Below are positions 1-11,991 of a stretch of DNA of 64,000 nt, piece after piece. The translations under genes and the position numbers were made by a program. The stretch is from Ignavibacteriota bacterium. GTDB lineage: Bacteria; Bacteroidota; Ignavibacteria; UBA10030; UBA6906. Position 1 is the stretch's first letter. Every line of letters begins with the position of its first letter. The notes below the pieces were generated by a model, which saw nothing but the letters and a program-made list of their open reading frames with translations, had not been told where the DNA came from and did not search any database. The stretch spans positions 256,001-320,000 of the forward strand of contig CAWDEM010000004.1 of the NCBI GenBank assembly GCA_963801355.1, in the 5' to 3' direction.

Positions 1-1
1 G

Positions 2-1822
2 CTGCTGGGGTACTATTCGCCGGCAATCTTTTCGTACAATTTCTTCTACGGGTACTTTCCGGGGCTCACGTATGACGAACTGCTGCCGGTCGGCTGGCCG
101 CTGGTTCTCTTCCGGATATACACGCTTGGCGTGGCGTTGTTCCTGGTGTGGACCGCCCATACTGTTGTGCAGCAGACCGCCCCTGACTCACGCACGATGG
201 TGAAAGGCATCGCCGCGCTCCGCACGTTCGGCACGCGCTACCTGGGTATCAGCATGGTGCTGATTCTGGGCATGGCCGTTCTGTTTCTCTTCCGGTGTCA
301 ACTCGGATGGGAATCCACCAGGACGTACATTCGCACGACGCTTGGCGGCGCCGTCGAGACCGGCAACTTCACGATCTACTTTGATTCTGCGGCGACAACG
401 TCGGATGATGTCCGTTTCCTCGCACGGGAGCACGAGTTCAGGTTGCAGCAGGTGCTCGAGGCGTTCGCACTGCCCCGGACAGAGCACATCACCGCGTATA
501 TCTATCCTTCTGCCGATACGAAACGGCGTCTCATTGGTGCCGGGGAAACCGAAGTGGCCAAACCGTGGAGTCGTGAAGTGCACCTGACACGCAGCAGTGT
601 CGAGGATGCGTTGAAACATGAACTGGTGCACGTTGTTGCCGCTCCGTTCGGCGTTCCGGTCATGAAGGCGAGCTTCAGCCCGGGACTCACCGAAGGCCTC
701 GCTGTTGCGGTGGAAGGATCGTGGGCGTACCGGACACTTGCGCAGCACGCTGCGGCACTCCGGTCGGCAGGTATTGCACCGTCCATCCACGCGTTGATGA
801 CGCCCACCGGTTTCATGGCGGCGGCCTCCTCAATGAGCTATGTATTGGCAGGGGCATTCTGTCGCCACCTTGTGGATCACTACGGCATGCGGCCGCTCTT
901 GCAGGTGTACCGTTCGGGCGACTACGTCGCAGCATATCAGAAACCCCTCGATTCCCTGATTGTGGAATGGCACCATGCACTGGATAGCGTGAAGGTCAGC
1001 GAGCGCGATCGTGCCTCAGTCGACGTCATCTTCCGTCGCCCGCCGATTTTTGGGAAGGTCTGTGCCCGCGTTCATGCCCGCCGCCTGCGCGATGCGCAGC
1101 GTTTGCTCCGTCAGCGCCGGTATGATGAAGCGCACGCGCGGTACGCGATGCTGTATGCCGAGGGCGGAAGCTACGAAGCCCTCTCCGGGCTTCTCTTGTC
1201 GTATTTCCGCAAGGGGGACTACAGTGCACTGACCCGCCTGTACGATTCCGTGACCACGCATGATCCGGTGCCGCGGCGGTATCTTGTTCTGGGCATCCTC
1301 GCCGGTGATGCAGCCTGGGCTTCCGGGGATATCGCACGGGCGGAATCATTGTATGCACAGGTGCGCGCCGGTGACATCAGTCCGGGCCTTACCGAGTCAG
1401 CCTTCGTGCGGCGATGGGCGCTCTCAGACAGTCTCACCGCCTCCAGGTTCCTTCCGTATATTGTCGGCGAGATGTCCGATACCGCCCGGATTGGCTGGCT
1501 TGGAATGATGGCGGGAACGCTGCCGGATCCGCTCAGGAACCACGTGCGGGGCCGCCTGTTGCTCCGTATGGGATGGTACAACGAAGCGGCATATGCGCTG
1601 TTGCAGGCGGGAACCATTGCGGGTGATTCCGCCGTCGAGGCGTTGCGTCAAAGATCCATCGGCGATGCACTGCTGCGTGCAGGCAGGACTGAGGAGGCAC
1701 GGGGATGGTATTGGACGTCGATGAATTACGATGCCCGCCCGTACGTACAGGAAATCGTGGATGACCGTCTGGAATATTGCGATTGGCTTGGGGCACACAC
1801 ACCAACGTCGAGAAGCCGATGA
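2..1822 (+). CDS. Membrane-anchored gluzincin-type (peptidase MA-like) protein with C-terminal TPR-like helices; 5' truncated
   Basis: Frame is open from base 2 (LLGYYSPAIF...); hydrophobic N-terminal segments; HELVH...EGLA zinc motif; helical repeat-like C-terminus. Confidence 0.65.
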   Translation: MLGYYSPAIFSYNFFYGYFPGLTYDELLPVGWPLVLFRIYTLGVALFLVWTAHTVVQQTAPDSRTMVKGIAALRTFGTRYLGISMVLILGMAVLFLFRCQLGWESTRTYIRTTLGGAVETGNFTIYFDSAATTSDDVRFLAREHEFRLQQVLEAFALPRTEHITAYIYPSADTKRRLIGAGETEVAKPWSREVHLTRSSVEDALKHELVHVVAAPFGVPVMKASFSPGLTEGLAVAVEGSWAYRTLAQHAAALRSAGIAPSIHALMTPTGFMAAASSMSYVLAGAFCRHLVDHYGMRPLLQVYRSGDYVAAYQKPLDSLIVEWHHALDSVKVSERDRASVDVIFRRPPIFGKVCARVHARRLRDAQRLLRQRRYDEAHARYAMLYAEGGSYEALSGLLLSYFRKGDYSALTRLYDSVTTHDPVPRRYLVLGILAGDAAWASGDIARAESLYAQVRAGDISPGLTESAFVRRWALSDSLTASRFLPYIVGEMSDTARIGWLGMMAGTLPDPLRNHVRGRLLLRMGWYNEAAYALLQAGTIAGDSAVEALRQRSIGDALLRAGRTEEARGWYWTSMNYDARPYVQEIVDDRLEYCDWLGAHTPTSRSR

Positions 1823-1881
1823 CCTCGCCTGCTGCCTACGAGAGCATGTTGATCAGCCGGTCTTGTTGTTTGCCTTTGTAG

Positions 1882-3222
<1,341 letters not shown>

Positions 3223-3227
3223 CACTC

Positions 3228-4631
3228 ATGTCTCAGATGATCAAGTTCGGTACCGACGGTTGGCGGGCGGTCATCGCCGACGACTACACGTTTGCGAATC
3301 TGGAAAAAGTCGCGCTGGCGACGGCGCGATATTTCCGGCGACACAAGAAGATCAAGAACGGCATCGTGATCGGGTACGACGCGCGGTTTATGTCGCGGGA
3401 GTTTGCCGAGAAGTCCGCGGAAGTGATTGCGAATGCCGGCATCACGGTGAAACTTGCCGACAGCATTGTGACCACGCCGATGATCTCGCTGGTGACCAAG
3501 CTTGAGAAGGCGGCGGGAGGGGTGGTGATCACGGCGAGCCACAATCCGGCAAAGTGGAATGGTTTCAAGATCAAAGGTGACTTCGGCGGCCCGGCGCATC
3601 CTGAGATGATTGCTGCGCTGGAAAAGGAGCTGGCGCGGGTGATGAAGCGCAAGCGCATTCCCCCCGGAAAGTACACGTTTGCCCAACTTGTGGCAAAAAG
3701 GAAAATCGTGCCGATCAGCATGCGGCAGCGGTATTTCGATGATCTGGTGACGAAGATCGATATTGGCAAGATCCAGGCGGCGGGCACGCGCATCCTGTAC
3801 GATGTCATGTACGGTGCCGCACAGTCCTCATTGCATAGCCTGCTGCCCGGTGTCACGCTGATGCATGAGACGTTCAACCCGTCCTTCGCCGGCGTGAATC
3901 CGGAGCCCCTTGCCCAGAACCTCGAGGAACTCATCCGGGGGATGAAAAGCGGGCGGTTCGACATCGGCATCGCCACGGATGGTGATGCCGACAGAATCGG
4001 GGCGGTGGACGAACAGGGAAATTTCGTGGATTCGCACCGGGTCTTTTCGTTGCTGCTGAAATATTTCGTCGAGCAAAAGGGCATGACGGGTGAGGTGGTG
4101 AAGTCACTCTCGGTCACCCAGATGGTGAACCAGCAGTGCGCGAAGTACAACCTTGTCCTGCGTGAAACCGCCGTCGGCTTCAAGCACATATGCCGTCTCA
4201 TGACAGAACGCGACGTGCTCATCGGCGGGGAAGAGAGTGGCGGGCTCGGGGTCAAAGGGCACCTTCCTGAACGCGATGGTATCTTCGTCGGGCTTCTGCT
4301 GGCGGAAGTCATGGCGGTGCGGGGGAGACCGCTGAGCGCGCTGGTGCAGGAGCTGATGGATGAATTCGGGCAGCACGAGTTCCAGCGCATCGACCTGCAC
4401 GTGACGGAGCGGGAAAAGACGGCGATCATGAAAAAGTACCGGAGCGGTGTGAAGGACATCGGCGGGTGGGCGGTCACGGGCCGCAATGACACCGATGGTG
4501 TCAAACTCTTTGTGGACAACGGCTGGGTGCTGGTGCGTGCGTCGGGAACCGAACCGTTGATCCGCTTCTATGCCGAAGCAGATAGCCGCGACAAAGTCAA
4601 TGCGCTCCTGGCTGCGGCCACGGGGCGTTAA
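3228..4631 (+). CDS. Phosphoglucomutase/phosphomannomutase family
   Basis: FGTDGWR, TASHNP phosphoserine loop, DGDADR, GEESGG, RASGTEP. Confidence 0.96.
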   Translation: MSQMIKFGTDGWRAVIADDYTFANLEKVALATARYFRRHKKIKNGIVIGYDARFMSREFAEKSAEVIANAGITVKLADSIVTTPMISLVTKLEKAAGGVVITASHNPAKWNGFKIKGDFGGPAHPEMIAALEKELARVMKRKRIPPGKYTFAQLVAKRKIVPISMRQRYFDDLVTKIDIGKIQAAGTRILYDVMYGAAQSSLHSLLPGVTLMHETFNPSFAGVNPEPLAQNLEELIRGMKSGRFDIGIATDGDADRIGAVDEQGNFVDSHRVFSLLLKYFVEQKGMTGEVVKSLSVTQMVNQQCAKYNLVLRETAVGFKHICRLMTERDVLIGGEESGGLGVKGHLPERDGIFVGLLLAEVMAVRGRPLSALVQELMDEFGQHEFQRIDLHVTEREKTAIMKKYRSGVKDIGGWAVTGRNDTDGVKLFVDNGWVLVRASGTEPLIRFYAEADSRDKVNALLAAATGR

Positions 4632-4679
4632 GGGCAGAGGACTCTGCTCGTTTCCTGCCAGTGTGTGAGGGCTCGCGCT

Positions 4680-5999
4680 ATGGGGTCAACAACGATGTAC
4701 TATACCGTCATGCCGGATGGGACGGTAAAGCAATTGAATCCGTTCACCGGCACGGAAGTGTGGGCGGTCGCAGGGCGCCGGAGCCGGCCGATTACCACGG
4801 ACGCCCAACCCCTCGCAAAGCCGCTGGAGATTCACAGCCCCGAAGACTACTGCAGTTTCTGTCCACCCCGCTATTTCGAAACAGCGCCGGAAAAGTCCCG
4901 TCTCGTCCTTCAAAACGGCGTCTGGCAGCGGATCGACCTGCTGCCGCCCGACCGGTATCTCGACACCACGGCCGAATTCCGCCGTACGGGCAACATGTTC
5001 GAGATCGTCACGCTGGATTACTGGCGCAAGAACTACGCCTACAAGATTCCTGCGGCGCGGCTCAAGTGGCGGGAAGACTATCTGGCGAACCCGACGGGGC
5101 TGAACCATGTCACGGATATCGTGCATTACAAGCTGCATCGCGAGGGGAAGACCGACGAGCAGATCGAACGTATGCCGCTGGCGGAGAAACTCGCGATCGC
5201 CGATGCATTCTTCGGCGGCTGTCATGAAATGATCATCGCCAAACACCACTATAAGCACGGCGCGACGCTCACCACGGACCTGTATTCTTCGGGAGAAATG
5301 ACGGAGGAGGAGCACTACTGGTATTTTAAGATGACCATCGATGCGCTGCGCGATATCACCATCAACAACCGGTACGTGCGGTATATCAGTGTCTATCAGA
5401 ACTGGCTCAGGTCTTCCGGCGCCTCCTTTGATCATCTGCATAAGCAGCTGGTGTCGCTGGACGAGTGGGGCGCGTCGATTCAGAACCAGATCAAGATGCT
5501 GCGTGAAGATGCCAACGTGTTCAACGACTACGGCGTCAACTTCGCCGCCCATCACAACCTCGTGTTCGCAGAGAATGATTTTGCCATTGCGTACGCGGGT
5601 ATCGGCCACCGCTATCCGACCATTGAGATTTACTCGCGGTCACAGGCGGGGCGGCCTTCGGAGCATACCGATGAAGAAGTCCGCGGCATGAGCAATCTCG
5701 TGCACGCCGTCCACGCGGCGATGGGCAGCCAGATCTCCTGCAATGAAGAGTGGTACTACACTCCCATCGATGCGATCTACAAAATGCCGTGGCATGTCCT
5801 GATTAAATGGCGGGTGACGGTCACCGCAGGGTTTGAAGGCGGCACGAGCATTTTCATCAACCCGATGACCCCGATCGAAGTGCGGGATCGCATGGTGCCG
5901 CGTTTGTACAAACTGCGGGATGAGGGGACAATCGGCTGGATCCGGATTGCAGAGGAATGCCGCGTTGATCCCAATCCGCTGAAATACTACTTGAAGTGA
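4680..5999 (+). CDS. DUF4921-like protein, GalT/HIT-superfamily nucleotidyltransferase-like
   Basis: MPDGTVKQLNPFTGTEVW N-terminus, CSFCP, GASFDHLHKQ (compare GalT GASxxHPHxQ); start uncertain (4665/4680/4695). Confidence 0.75.
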   Translation: MGSTTMYYTVMPDGTVKQLNPFTGTEVWAVAGRRSRPITTDAQPLAKPLEIHSPEDYCSFCPPRYFETAPEKSRLVLQNGVWQRIDLLPPDRYLDTTAEFRRTGNMFEIVTLDYWRKNYAYKIPAARLKWREDYLANPTGLNHVTDIVHYKLHREGKTDEQIERMPLAEKLAIADAFFGGCHEMIIAKHHYKHGATLTTDLYSSGEMTEEEHYWYFKMTIDALRDITINNRYVRYISVYQNWLRSSGASFDHLHKQLVSLDEWGASIQNQIKMLREDANVFNDYGVNFAAHHNLVFAENDFAIAYAGIGHRYPTIEIYSRSQAGRPSEHTDEEVRGMSNLVHAVHAAMGSQISCNEEWYYTPIDAIYKMPWHVLIKWRVTVTAGFEGGTSIFINPMTPIEVRDRMVPRLYKLRDEGTIGWIRIAEECRVDPNPLKYYLK

Positions 6000-6065
6000 C
6001 AGTGCTGATTTGCGGGGGGCCCGCCGCCCCATACTGTCTCCTCCCGCCAGGCGAGAACCACCGAC

Positions 6066-8021
6066 GTGCTTTCAGCAGTTGACATATCGCTCCAGTATGC
6101 CGACCGCCGTCTCCTCGACGGCGTGACGTTCCATATCGGCCCGACCGACCGCATCGGCCTGGTGGGTGCAAACGGTTCGGGGAAATCCACACTGCTGCGG
6201 ATCCTTCTGGGCGAGATCATGCCCGACGCCGGCACCGTGACGCGGGCAAAGTATGTCACCGTCGGGTATCTGCCCCAGGAAGGAACGGCACTAGCCGGGC
6301 GTTCGCTGTACACGGAAGTGGAATCGGTGTTTGCGGATATCGTGCGCACGCGCGAACAGCTTGACCAGCTGCAGGAAGCCATGGCGACGACGCCGCACGA
6401 TACCGAGGCCTTCCGCGAGATGCTGGAGATCTTCGGGGAGTTGCAGCACCGCCTCGAAGCGGCGGACGGATTCCGCCTGTCTTCCTCCATCGAGAAAGTG
6501 CTGCTCGGCCTCGGCTTTACGCAACAAGACTTCACCCGCCTCACCGACGAGTTCAGCGGAGGTTGGCAGATGCGCATTGCGCTCGCCAAGCTTCTGCTGC
6601 TCCAGCCCTCATTGCTTCTGCTCGATGAGCCCACCAATCATCTCGATCTGGATTCCCTGCAGTGGCTCGAAGAGTACCTGCAATCGTACCGTGGTGCCGT
6701 GGTGCTGGTATCGCACGACCGGCGATTCCTGGATACCATGACACGGCGCACCTTTGAACTGAGCTTCGGCACGCTGACGGACTACGCCGGCAACTTCAGT
6801 TTCTTCCTGGAGGCCCGCGAAGAGCGGCGTGCACTGCAGCGTGCGGCGTTCCGCAATCAACAGCAACAGATCAAGCAGACCGAGCGTTTCATCGAACGAT
6901 TCCGCTACAAGGCGACGAAGGCGCGGCAGGTGCAAAGCCGCATCAAACAGCTGGATAAACTCGAGATCATCCGCCTGGAGGACGAAGAGGACGAAATCCA
7001 TTTTTCGTTCCCCGCTTCCCCTCCCTCCGGCAAAATCTCCGTGACGCTCAGAGACATCGCGAAGTCGTACGGCGCCCTGCAGGTCTTTGCGCACCTGGAT
7101 CTGCAGATCGATCGCGATGACCGGATTGCGTTTGTCGGTGTGAACGGCGCCGGGAAGTCCACACTCGCACGTATCATCGCGGGCGTCGAGGGTGTTGATG
7201 CCGGCGAGCGCGTGCCCGGCCATAATGTCGTGGTGTCCTACTTTGCGCAGCACCAGGCGGAAGAACTCGACCCGGCGTTTGATGTGCTGCAAACCGTGGA
7301 AGCCGTCGCCGTGGGAGATGTGCGGCGGCATCTCCGCACGCTGCTCGGCTGTTTTTTGTTTCACGGAGACGATGTGTTCAAGAAAGTCTCCATATTGTCG
7401 GGCGGCGAAAAGAGCCGGCTGGCGCTGGCGAAGATGCTCCTGACCCCCGCCAACCTCGTTGTGCTCGATGAGCCCACGAACCATCTGGATATGCGCTCGA
7501 AAGCCGTCCTGCAGGATGCTCTCGCGGAGTTCGAAGGCAGCATGGTGATTGTGTCACACGATCGGGATTTTCTCGACCCTCTGGTCAGCAAGGTCGTGGA
7601 ATTCAAAAACGGGCGCATTCGTACGCTGCTCGGGAATGTGAGCGAGTACCTTGCCGTCCGTGAAATCCAGGAGGCCGCAACCGCATCCGGGCGGGAGCCG
7701 GCGGCTTCTGCTGCCGGCAAGGAACGCAAACGGCGGGAAGCGGAGCTGCGGAATGAACGCTATGCCCGCACAAAACCGTTGCAGGAAAAACTCGCGCACG
7801 TGGAAGCGGAGATCGAGCAGCTCGAGCAGATCAAGAAGGACCTTGAGGCAACGATGGCGGATCCCGAGGCGTATCGCAGCGGCGAAGCGCTCCGCGAGGT
7901 GCATGCCAGCTACAGGACCAACGGCGAACAGCTGATGGACCTGTACCACCGGTGGGGCAGGATCAGCGATGAGCTTGAGAAGGTCATGGCGGAGTTTGCC
8001 GAACACACGGAGCGGCCATGA
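6066..8021 (+). CDS. ABC-F family ATP-binding protein (ribosome-associated)
   Basis: Two ABC cassettes (GANGSGKS, FSGGW, LDEPTNHLD; GVNGAGKS, LSGGE), no TM segments, C-terminal coiled coil. Confidence 0.95.
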   Translation: MLSAVDISLQYADRRLLDGVTFHIGPTDRIGLVGANGSGKSTLLRILLGEIMPDAGTVTRAKYVTVGYLPQEGTALAGRSLYTEVESVFADIVRTREQLDQLQEAMATTPHDTEAFREMLEIFGELQHRLEAADGFRLSSSIEKVLLGLGFTQQDFTRLTDEFSGGWQMRIALAKLLLLQPSLLLLDEPTNHLDLDSLQWLEEYLQSYRGAVVLVSHDRRFLDTMTRRTFELSFGTLTDYAGNFSFFLEAREERRALQRAAFRNQQQQIKQTERFIERFRYKATKARQVQSRIKQLDKLEIIRLEDEEDEIHFSFPASPPSGKISVTLRDIAKSYGALQVFAHLDLQIDRDDRIAFVGVNGAGKSTLARIIAGVEGVDAGERVPGHNVVVSYFAQHQAEELDPAFDVLQTVEAVAVGDVRRHLRTLLGCFLFHGDDVFKKVSILSGGEKSRLALAKMLLTPANLVVLDEPTNHLDMRSKAVLQDALAEFEGSMVIVSHDRDFLDPLVSKVVEFKNGRIRTLLGNVSEYLAVREIQEAATASGREPAASAAGKERKRREAELRNERYARTKPLQEKLAHVEAEIEQLEQIKKDLEATMADPEAYRSGEALREVHASYRTNGEQLMDLYHRWGRISDELEKVMAEFAEHTERP

Positions 8022-9439
8022 AGCGCGGTGACGAACTGGTCATGACGGTTGAGCGGTACGGCGCGGAAGGAAAAGGTGTCGCCCGGGTCGATGGATTCGT
8101 TGTGTTTGTCCGCGGTGGTGTTCCGGGCGATGTTGTGTGCGGACGGCTGACCAGGGTGAGCAAGAATTTTGCCGAAGCGGCGATTGTGGCGGTGACGGCG
8201 CCTTCGCCGCACCGCGTCTCACCGCGGTGCCGCTATTTCGGAACATGCGGCGGATGTGTGTGGCAGCATCTCGCATATCCGGCCCAGCGGGAATTCAAGC
8301 GCCAGCAAGTAGGAGATGCGCTGGAACACATCGGGGGGTTTCCCGGGATTGATGTGCAGCCGACCCTCGGCGCAGACGATCCCTTCTACTACCGCAACAA
8401 AATGGAGTTTTCATTCGGTGTCCGCTGGCTCACGCGTGAGGAACTCGACGCGGCGGAGCACCGGGACGGGGAGCAGTCACCATTACACAGGTTCGCCCTC
8501 GGCCTGCACATTCCGCAACGCTTCGACCGTGTGCTGGATATCCACGAGTGTTTTCTGCAATCGGCGGAAAGTGCAGCCATCGTGAATGCCGTCAGAGAAT
8601 TTGCGGAACTGCGGGAACTGACCATCTACTCCACGCTGACGCACACCGGGTACCTGCGCAATCTGGTCATCCGCGAAGGGAGGCATACAGGGGACCGTAT
8701 GGTCAACCTGGTCACCTCCGATGAACAACCGGCTCTCATGGGTGAATTCGCCGGAATGATACGCACCCGCTTTCCTTCCGTCACGACCATTGTGAACAAT
8801 ATCACGACGCGGAAATCCCAGGTGGCCACCGGCGATCGCGAAGTGGTGCTGTACGGACCCGGGTTCATCCGCGAGCGTATCGGCACGCGCGTCTACAACA
8901 TCTCGGCGAACTCCTTCTTTCAGACCAATACGCTGCAGGCGGAACGCCTCTACGATACGGTGCGGCAGATGGCCGATCTGCAGCCGACCGATACCGTGTT
9001 CGACCTGTATTCGGGGACCGGCACCATTGCGCTTCACGTGGCGGCCGATGTGGCCTCGGTCCTGGGCATCGAATCCGTACCCGGCGCAGTGGCCGATGCG
9101 CAGCGCAACGCCGCGGAACAGGGCATCACCAACTGTACGTTTCTGCTCGGTGATCTGAAGGAACGGATCGTCGATGACAGCCGCCTGATCGCGGCACATG
9201 GGTCACCGACTGTCATCATCGCCGATCCGCCGCGCGCGGGAATGCACCCGAAAGTCGTCGCCCGCATCAAGGAAATGCACTCGCCGCGCGTCGTGTACGT
9301 GAGCTGTAATCCCGCGACGCAGGCGCGGGATCTGAAGGTGTTGTGTGCCGGCGGCGCCTATACCATTGACCGGGTGCAGCCGGTGGACATGTTTCCCCAT
9401 ACGATGCATGTGGAAAACATCGTGCGATTGATCGGATAG
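8018..9439 (+). CDS. rlmD: 23S rRNA (uracil-C5)-methyltransferase RlmD
   Basis: TRAM domain, CxxFGTCGGC Fe-S motif, DLYSGTG, DPPRAG, YVSCNP, DMFPHTMHVE. Confidence 0.93.
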   Translation: MKRGDELVMTVERYGAEGKGVARVDGFVVFVRGGVPGDVVCGRLTRVSKNFAEAAIVAVTAPSPHRVSPRCRYFGTCGGCVWQHLAYPAQREFKRQQVGDALEHIGGFPGIDVQPTLGADDPFYYRNKMEFSFGVRWLTREELDAAEHRDGEQSPLHRFALGLHIPQRFDRVLDIHECFLQSAESAAIVNAVREFAELRELTIYSTLTHTGYLRNLVIREGRHTGDRMVNLVTSDEQPALMGEFAGMIRTRFPSVTTIVNNITTRKSQVATGDREVVLYGPGFIRERIGTRVYNISANSFFQTNTLQAERLYDTVRQMADLQPTDTVFDLYSGTGTIALHVAADVASVLGIESVPGAVADAQRNAAEQGITNCTFLLGDLKERIVDDSRLIAAHGSPTVIIADPPRAGMHPKVVARIKEMHSPRVVYVSCNPATQARDLKVLCAGGAYTIDRVQPVDMFPHTMHVENIVRLIG

Positions 9440-9467
9440 CCAGGTGTACGCCCACTCCACTCACGGC

Positions 9468-11984
9468 ATGCGCCGGGTGTCCTTCCGGCAACCCGACGGC
9501 GGCATCGCCCGCCTTCCGCACGTCTGCGTGTTGCTCTTGCTCGCACTCTTCGTCTGCATCCCGGCCGGGGCGGCCACACCGGACAACACTCCTCGCACCA
9601 TTGCCGCCACCCGTGCCGTCATCCCCCCCCGCATCGACGGATACCTCACCGACAGTTGCTGGCAACTTGCCGCGCCCACATCGGCGTTCACGCAGTATGA
9701 CCCCCGGGAAGGAGCCGCACCCACGGAAGAAACAGCTGTGCGCCTGCTCTACAATGATGACGCACTGTTCGTCGGCGTGGCGTGTGGTGACAGAGTGCCC
9801 CAGGGGATTGTGCGGCAGCTGAGCCGGCGGGACCGGAGCACGGAAGCGGACAGATTCACGGTCATGATCGACTCCTTCTTCGACCGGCAGACAGGTTTCG
9901 TGTTTTCCACCAACGTGTCGGGGGTTCAGAGCGACGGCGTGCTTTCACAAGGAGGATCCGTCTACGATATCACGTGGGATGCGGTATGGCAGGTGGAAAC
10001 GCAACAGGGACCGTGGGGGTGGTCCGCAGAATTTGTCATCCCCTGGAGTGCCCTCCGTTTCTCTGAACGCCAGAAAGGCGTCTACACCTGGGGGATCAAC
10101 TTCCGCCGGTACATCAGCCGGAAAAGGGAGACCATTGAATGGGTGATGGTCCCGCGAAGCGAACGGTATTCGATTCCTTTCTGGGGAACAATCCGGGGAA
10201 TTCAGGACATCCATGCACCTCTGCATCTGGAGATCGCACCGTACGCTTCTGTGCTGCAGACGAGCACCACGGGAAATGTTGTGCCGCCTGTACGCTCTTC
10301 TCATGAGATACAGTACGGTCTTGACGTGAAGTACGGGCTGACCCGGAATTTCACACTCGATGCCACACTCAACCCTGATTTCGGACAGGTGGAGGTGGAT
10401 GCATCGGTTCTGAATCTCACGGTATTTGAGACTCTCTTTCCGGAAAAACGTCCCTTCTTCCTTGAAGGCGCCCAGATGTTCACGTTCGGAGGGGCTGCAG
10501 ACAACACCCCGGTGACACTCTTCTTCTCGCGCCGCATCGGGCGTGAGCCGGCGGGCAGTGCCGCAGTCACCGCTCCCGCCGGCGGCACGGTGGAGGACAA
10601 CCCCCGGGTGACCACGATTCTCGGTGCTGCGAAACTTACTGGCCGAACCGCGTCCGGTCTCTCCATTGCGGCGTTGTCGTCACTGACCGATGAGGAACAG
10701 GCGACGCTCTGGGGACCGGCCGGCCGCACGACCGTGCGGACAGAACCGATGGGCAGCTACAACGTCCTGCGGATCAAGCAGGAAGGCGAGGGAGGATCGT
10801 GGTACGGCGGAATCGCCACGCTTGCTGCGCGCGAGAAGATACACCCGGCGCTTTCCGGGGGCATCGACTGGAATCAGCGGTTCGCGCGCGGCAAATACAC
10901 CGCCGACGGGTATCTCGCCGGCGCACGCGGGTATTCCTCGGGGGCGCTGCGCAACGGCGCCGCAGGCCGGCTGCTCCTGATGCGCATCAGTGCAGATCAC
11001 TGGTTTCCCGCGGTCTCGTATGATTTCGCGACGCCGGAATTTTCCATCAATGATCTTGGTTTCTTTGCGCGACCCCGTGACCATGGCGGCTACTTCCAGA
11101 TGTTGTACCACGAGAACAATTCGTCGGGTGTCTTCTGGCGGTACAACTTCAATGTCAATCCCGAGCTGCGATGGAACTGGGACGACGCCGTTCTCACGCA
11201 TGCCGATCTGCGTCTGGAGGCCACCGGCGAGCTGCGGAACTTCTGGCAACTCGGGTTTCTCTACACGCGCAAGTTTCCAGCGTATGATGACAGCGAAAGA
11301 GGTATTCTCGGGCTCTACCGCAGGCCGGGGAGCAATGATGTCACGCTGACGGTGCTGACCGACGAGCGGCGTGCGATTTCCGCGCACATGACGGGAGGAA
11401 TGGCGTTCGGTGATGCAGGAGAACGGGGGACAACACTGCAGACGACGCTGACGGTGCGTCCGACCTCGTGGATGGAACTCTCACCTGCTCTCTACTACCA
11501 GCGCGTGGCGGATGCGGTCGCCTGGGTGTATCCCGGCGGCACGATCATCGACAATACGATCAGCAGCGTGCCGGTCAGCCTCTTCGGCACACGGAACCTC
11601 GAGCAGCTTGACCTGTCCCTGCGCGGGATTGTCACCTTCTCCCGTACACTCTCCGTACAGTTCTTCCTGCAATCGTTTGTTGCCCGCGGTGCATACCGCC
11701 ACTATCAATGGCTTGCCGCGGACGGCCGGCTCCGCCCGTATGCCTCCGGAGGATACGGTCCGCTCTTTACCGGCAACGACTTCAACACGATGAACTTCAA
11801 CGCGAATGTGCTGCTGCGGTGGGAGTATCTTCCCGGCAGTGCGGTGTACCTGGTCTGGACGCAGGGACGATTCGGGGACACGGGTGACTACGGCACAGGT
11901 GTCGTACGGAGAGTCGGCGACACCTGGACGCTGCCGCGGCAGGATGCGATTGTGCTGAAGGCCAGCTACTGGTTTTCACTGTAG
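9468..11984 (+). CDS. Outer-membrane protein with N-terminal CBM9-like domain and DUF5916
   Basis: Signal peptide, PPRIDG, WSAEFVIPW, LNPDFGQVE, PEKRPFFLEG, aromatic beta-barrel-type C-terminus (YWFSL); start uncertain. Confidence 0.8.
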   Translation: MRRVSFRQPDGGIARLPHVCVLLLLALFVCIPAGAATPDNTPRTIAATRAVIPPRIDGYLTDSCWQLAAPTSAFTQYDPREGAAPTEETAVRLLYNDDALFVGVACGDRVPQGIVRQLSRRDRSTEADRFTVMIDSFFDRQTGFVFSTNVSGVQSDGVLSQGGSVYDITWDAVWQVETQQGPWGWSAEFVIPWSALRFSERQKGVYTWGINFRRYISRKRETIEWVMVPRSERYSIPFWGTIRGIQDIHAPLHLEIAPYASVLQTSTTGNVVPPVRSSHEIQYGLDVKYGLTRNFTLDATLNPDFGQVEVDASVLNLTVFETLFPEKRPFFLEGAQMFTFGGAADNTPVTLFFSRRIGREPAGSAAVTAPAGGTVEDNPRVTTILGAAKLTGRTASGLSIAALSSLTDEEQATLWGPAGRTTVRTEPMGSYNVLRIKQEGEGGSWYGGIATLAAREKIHPALSGGIDWNQRFARGKYTADGYLAGARGYSSGALRNGAAGRLLLMRISADHWFPAVSYDFATPEFSINDLGFFARPRDHGGYFQMLYHENNSSGVFWRYNFNVNPELRWNWDDAVLTHADLRLEATGELRNFWQLGFLYTRKFPAYDDSERGILGLYRRPGSNDVTLTVLTDERRAISAHMTGGMAFGDAGERGTTLQTTLTVRPTSWMELSPALYYQRVADAVAWVYPGGTIIDNTISSVPVSLFGTRNLEQLDLSLRGIVTFSRTLSVQFFLQSFVARGAYRHYQWLAADGRLRPYASGGYGPLFTGNDFNTMNFNANVLLRWEYLPGSAVYLVWTQGRFGDTGDYGTGVVRRVGDTWTLPRQDAIVLKASYWFSL

Positions 11985-11991
11985 AGGGAAT

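Noticed and set aside
3284-4519. 411-aa - strand ORF
   Set aside because: Antisense to PGM/PMM; Ser/Arg-rich shadow composition
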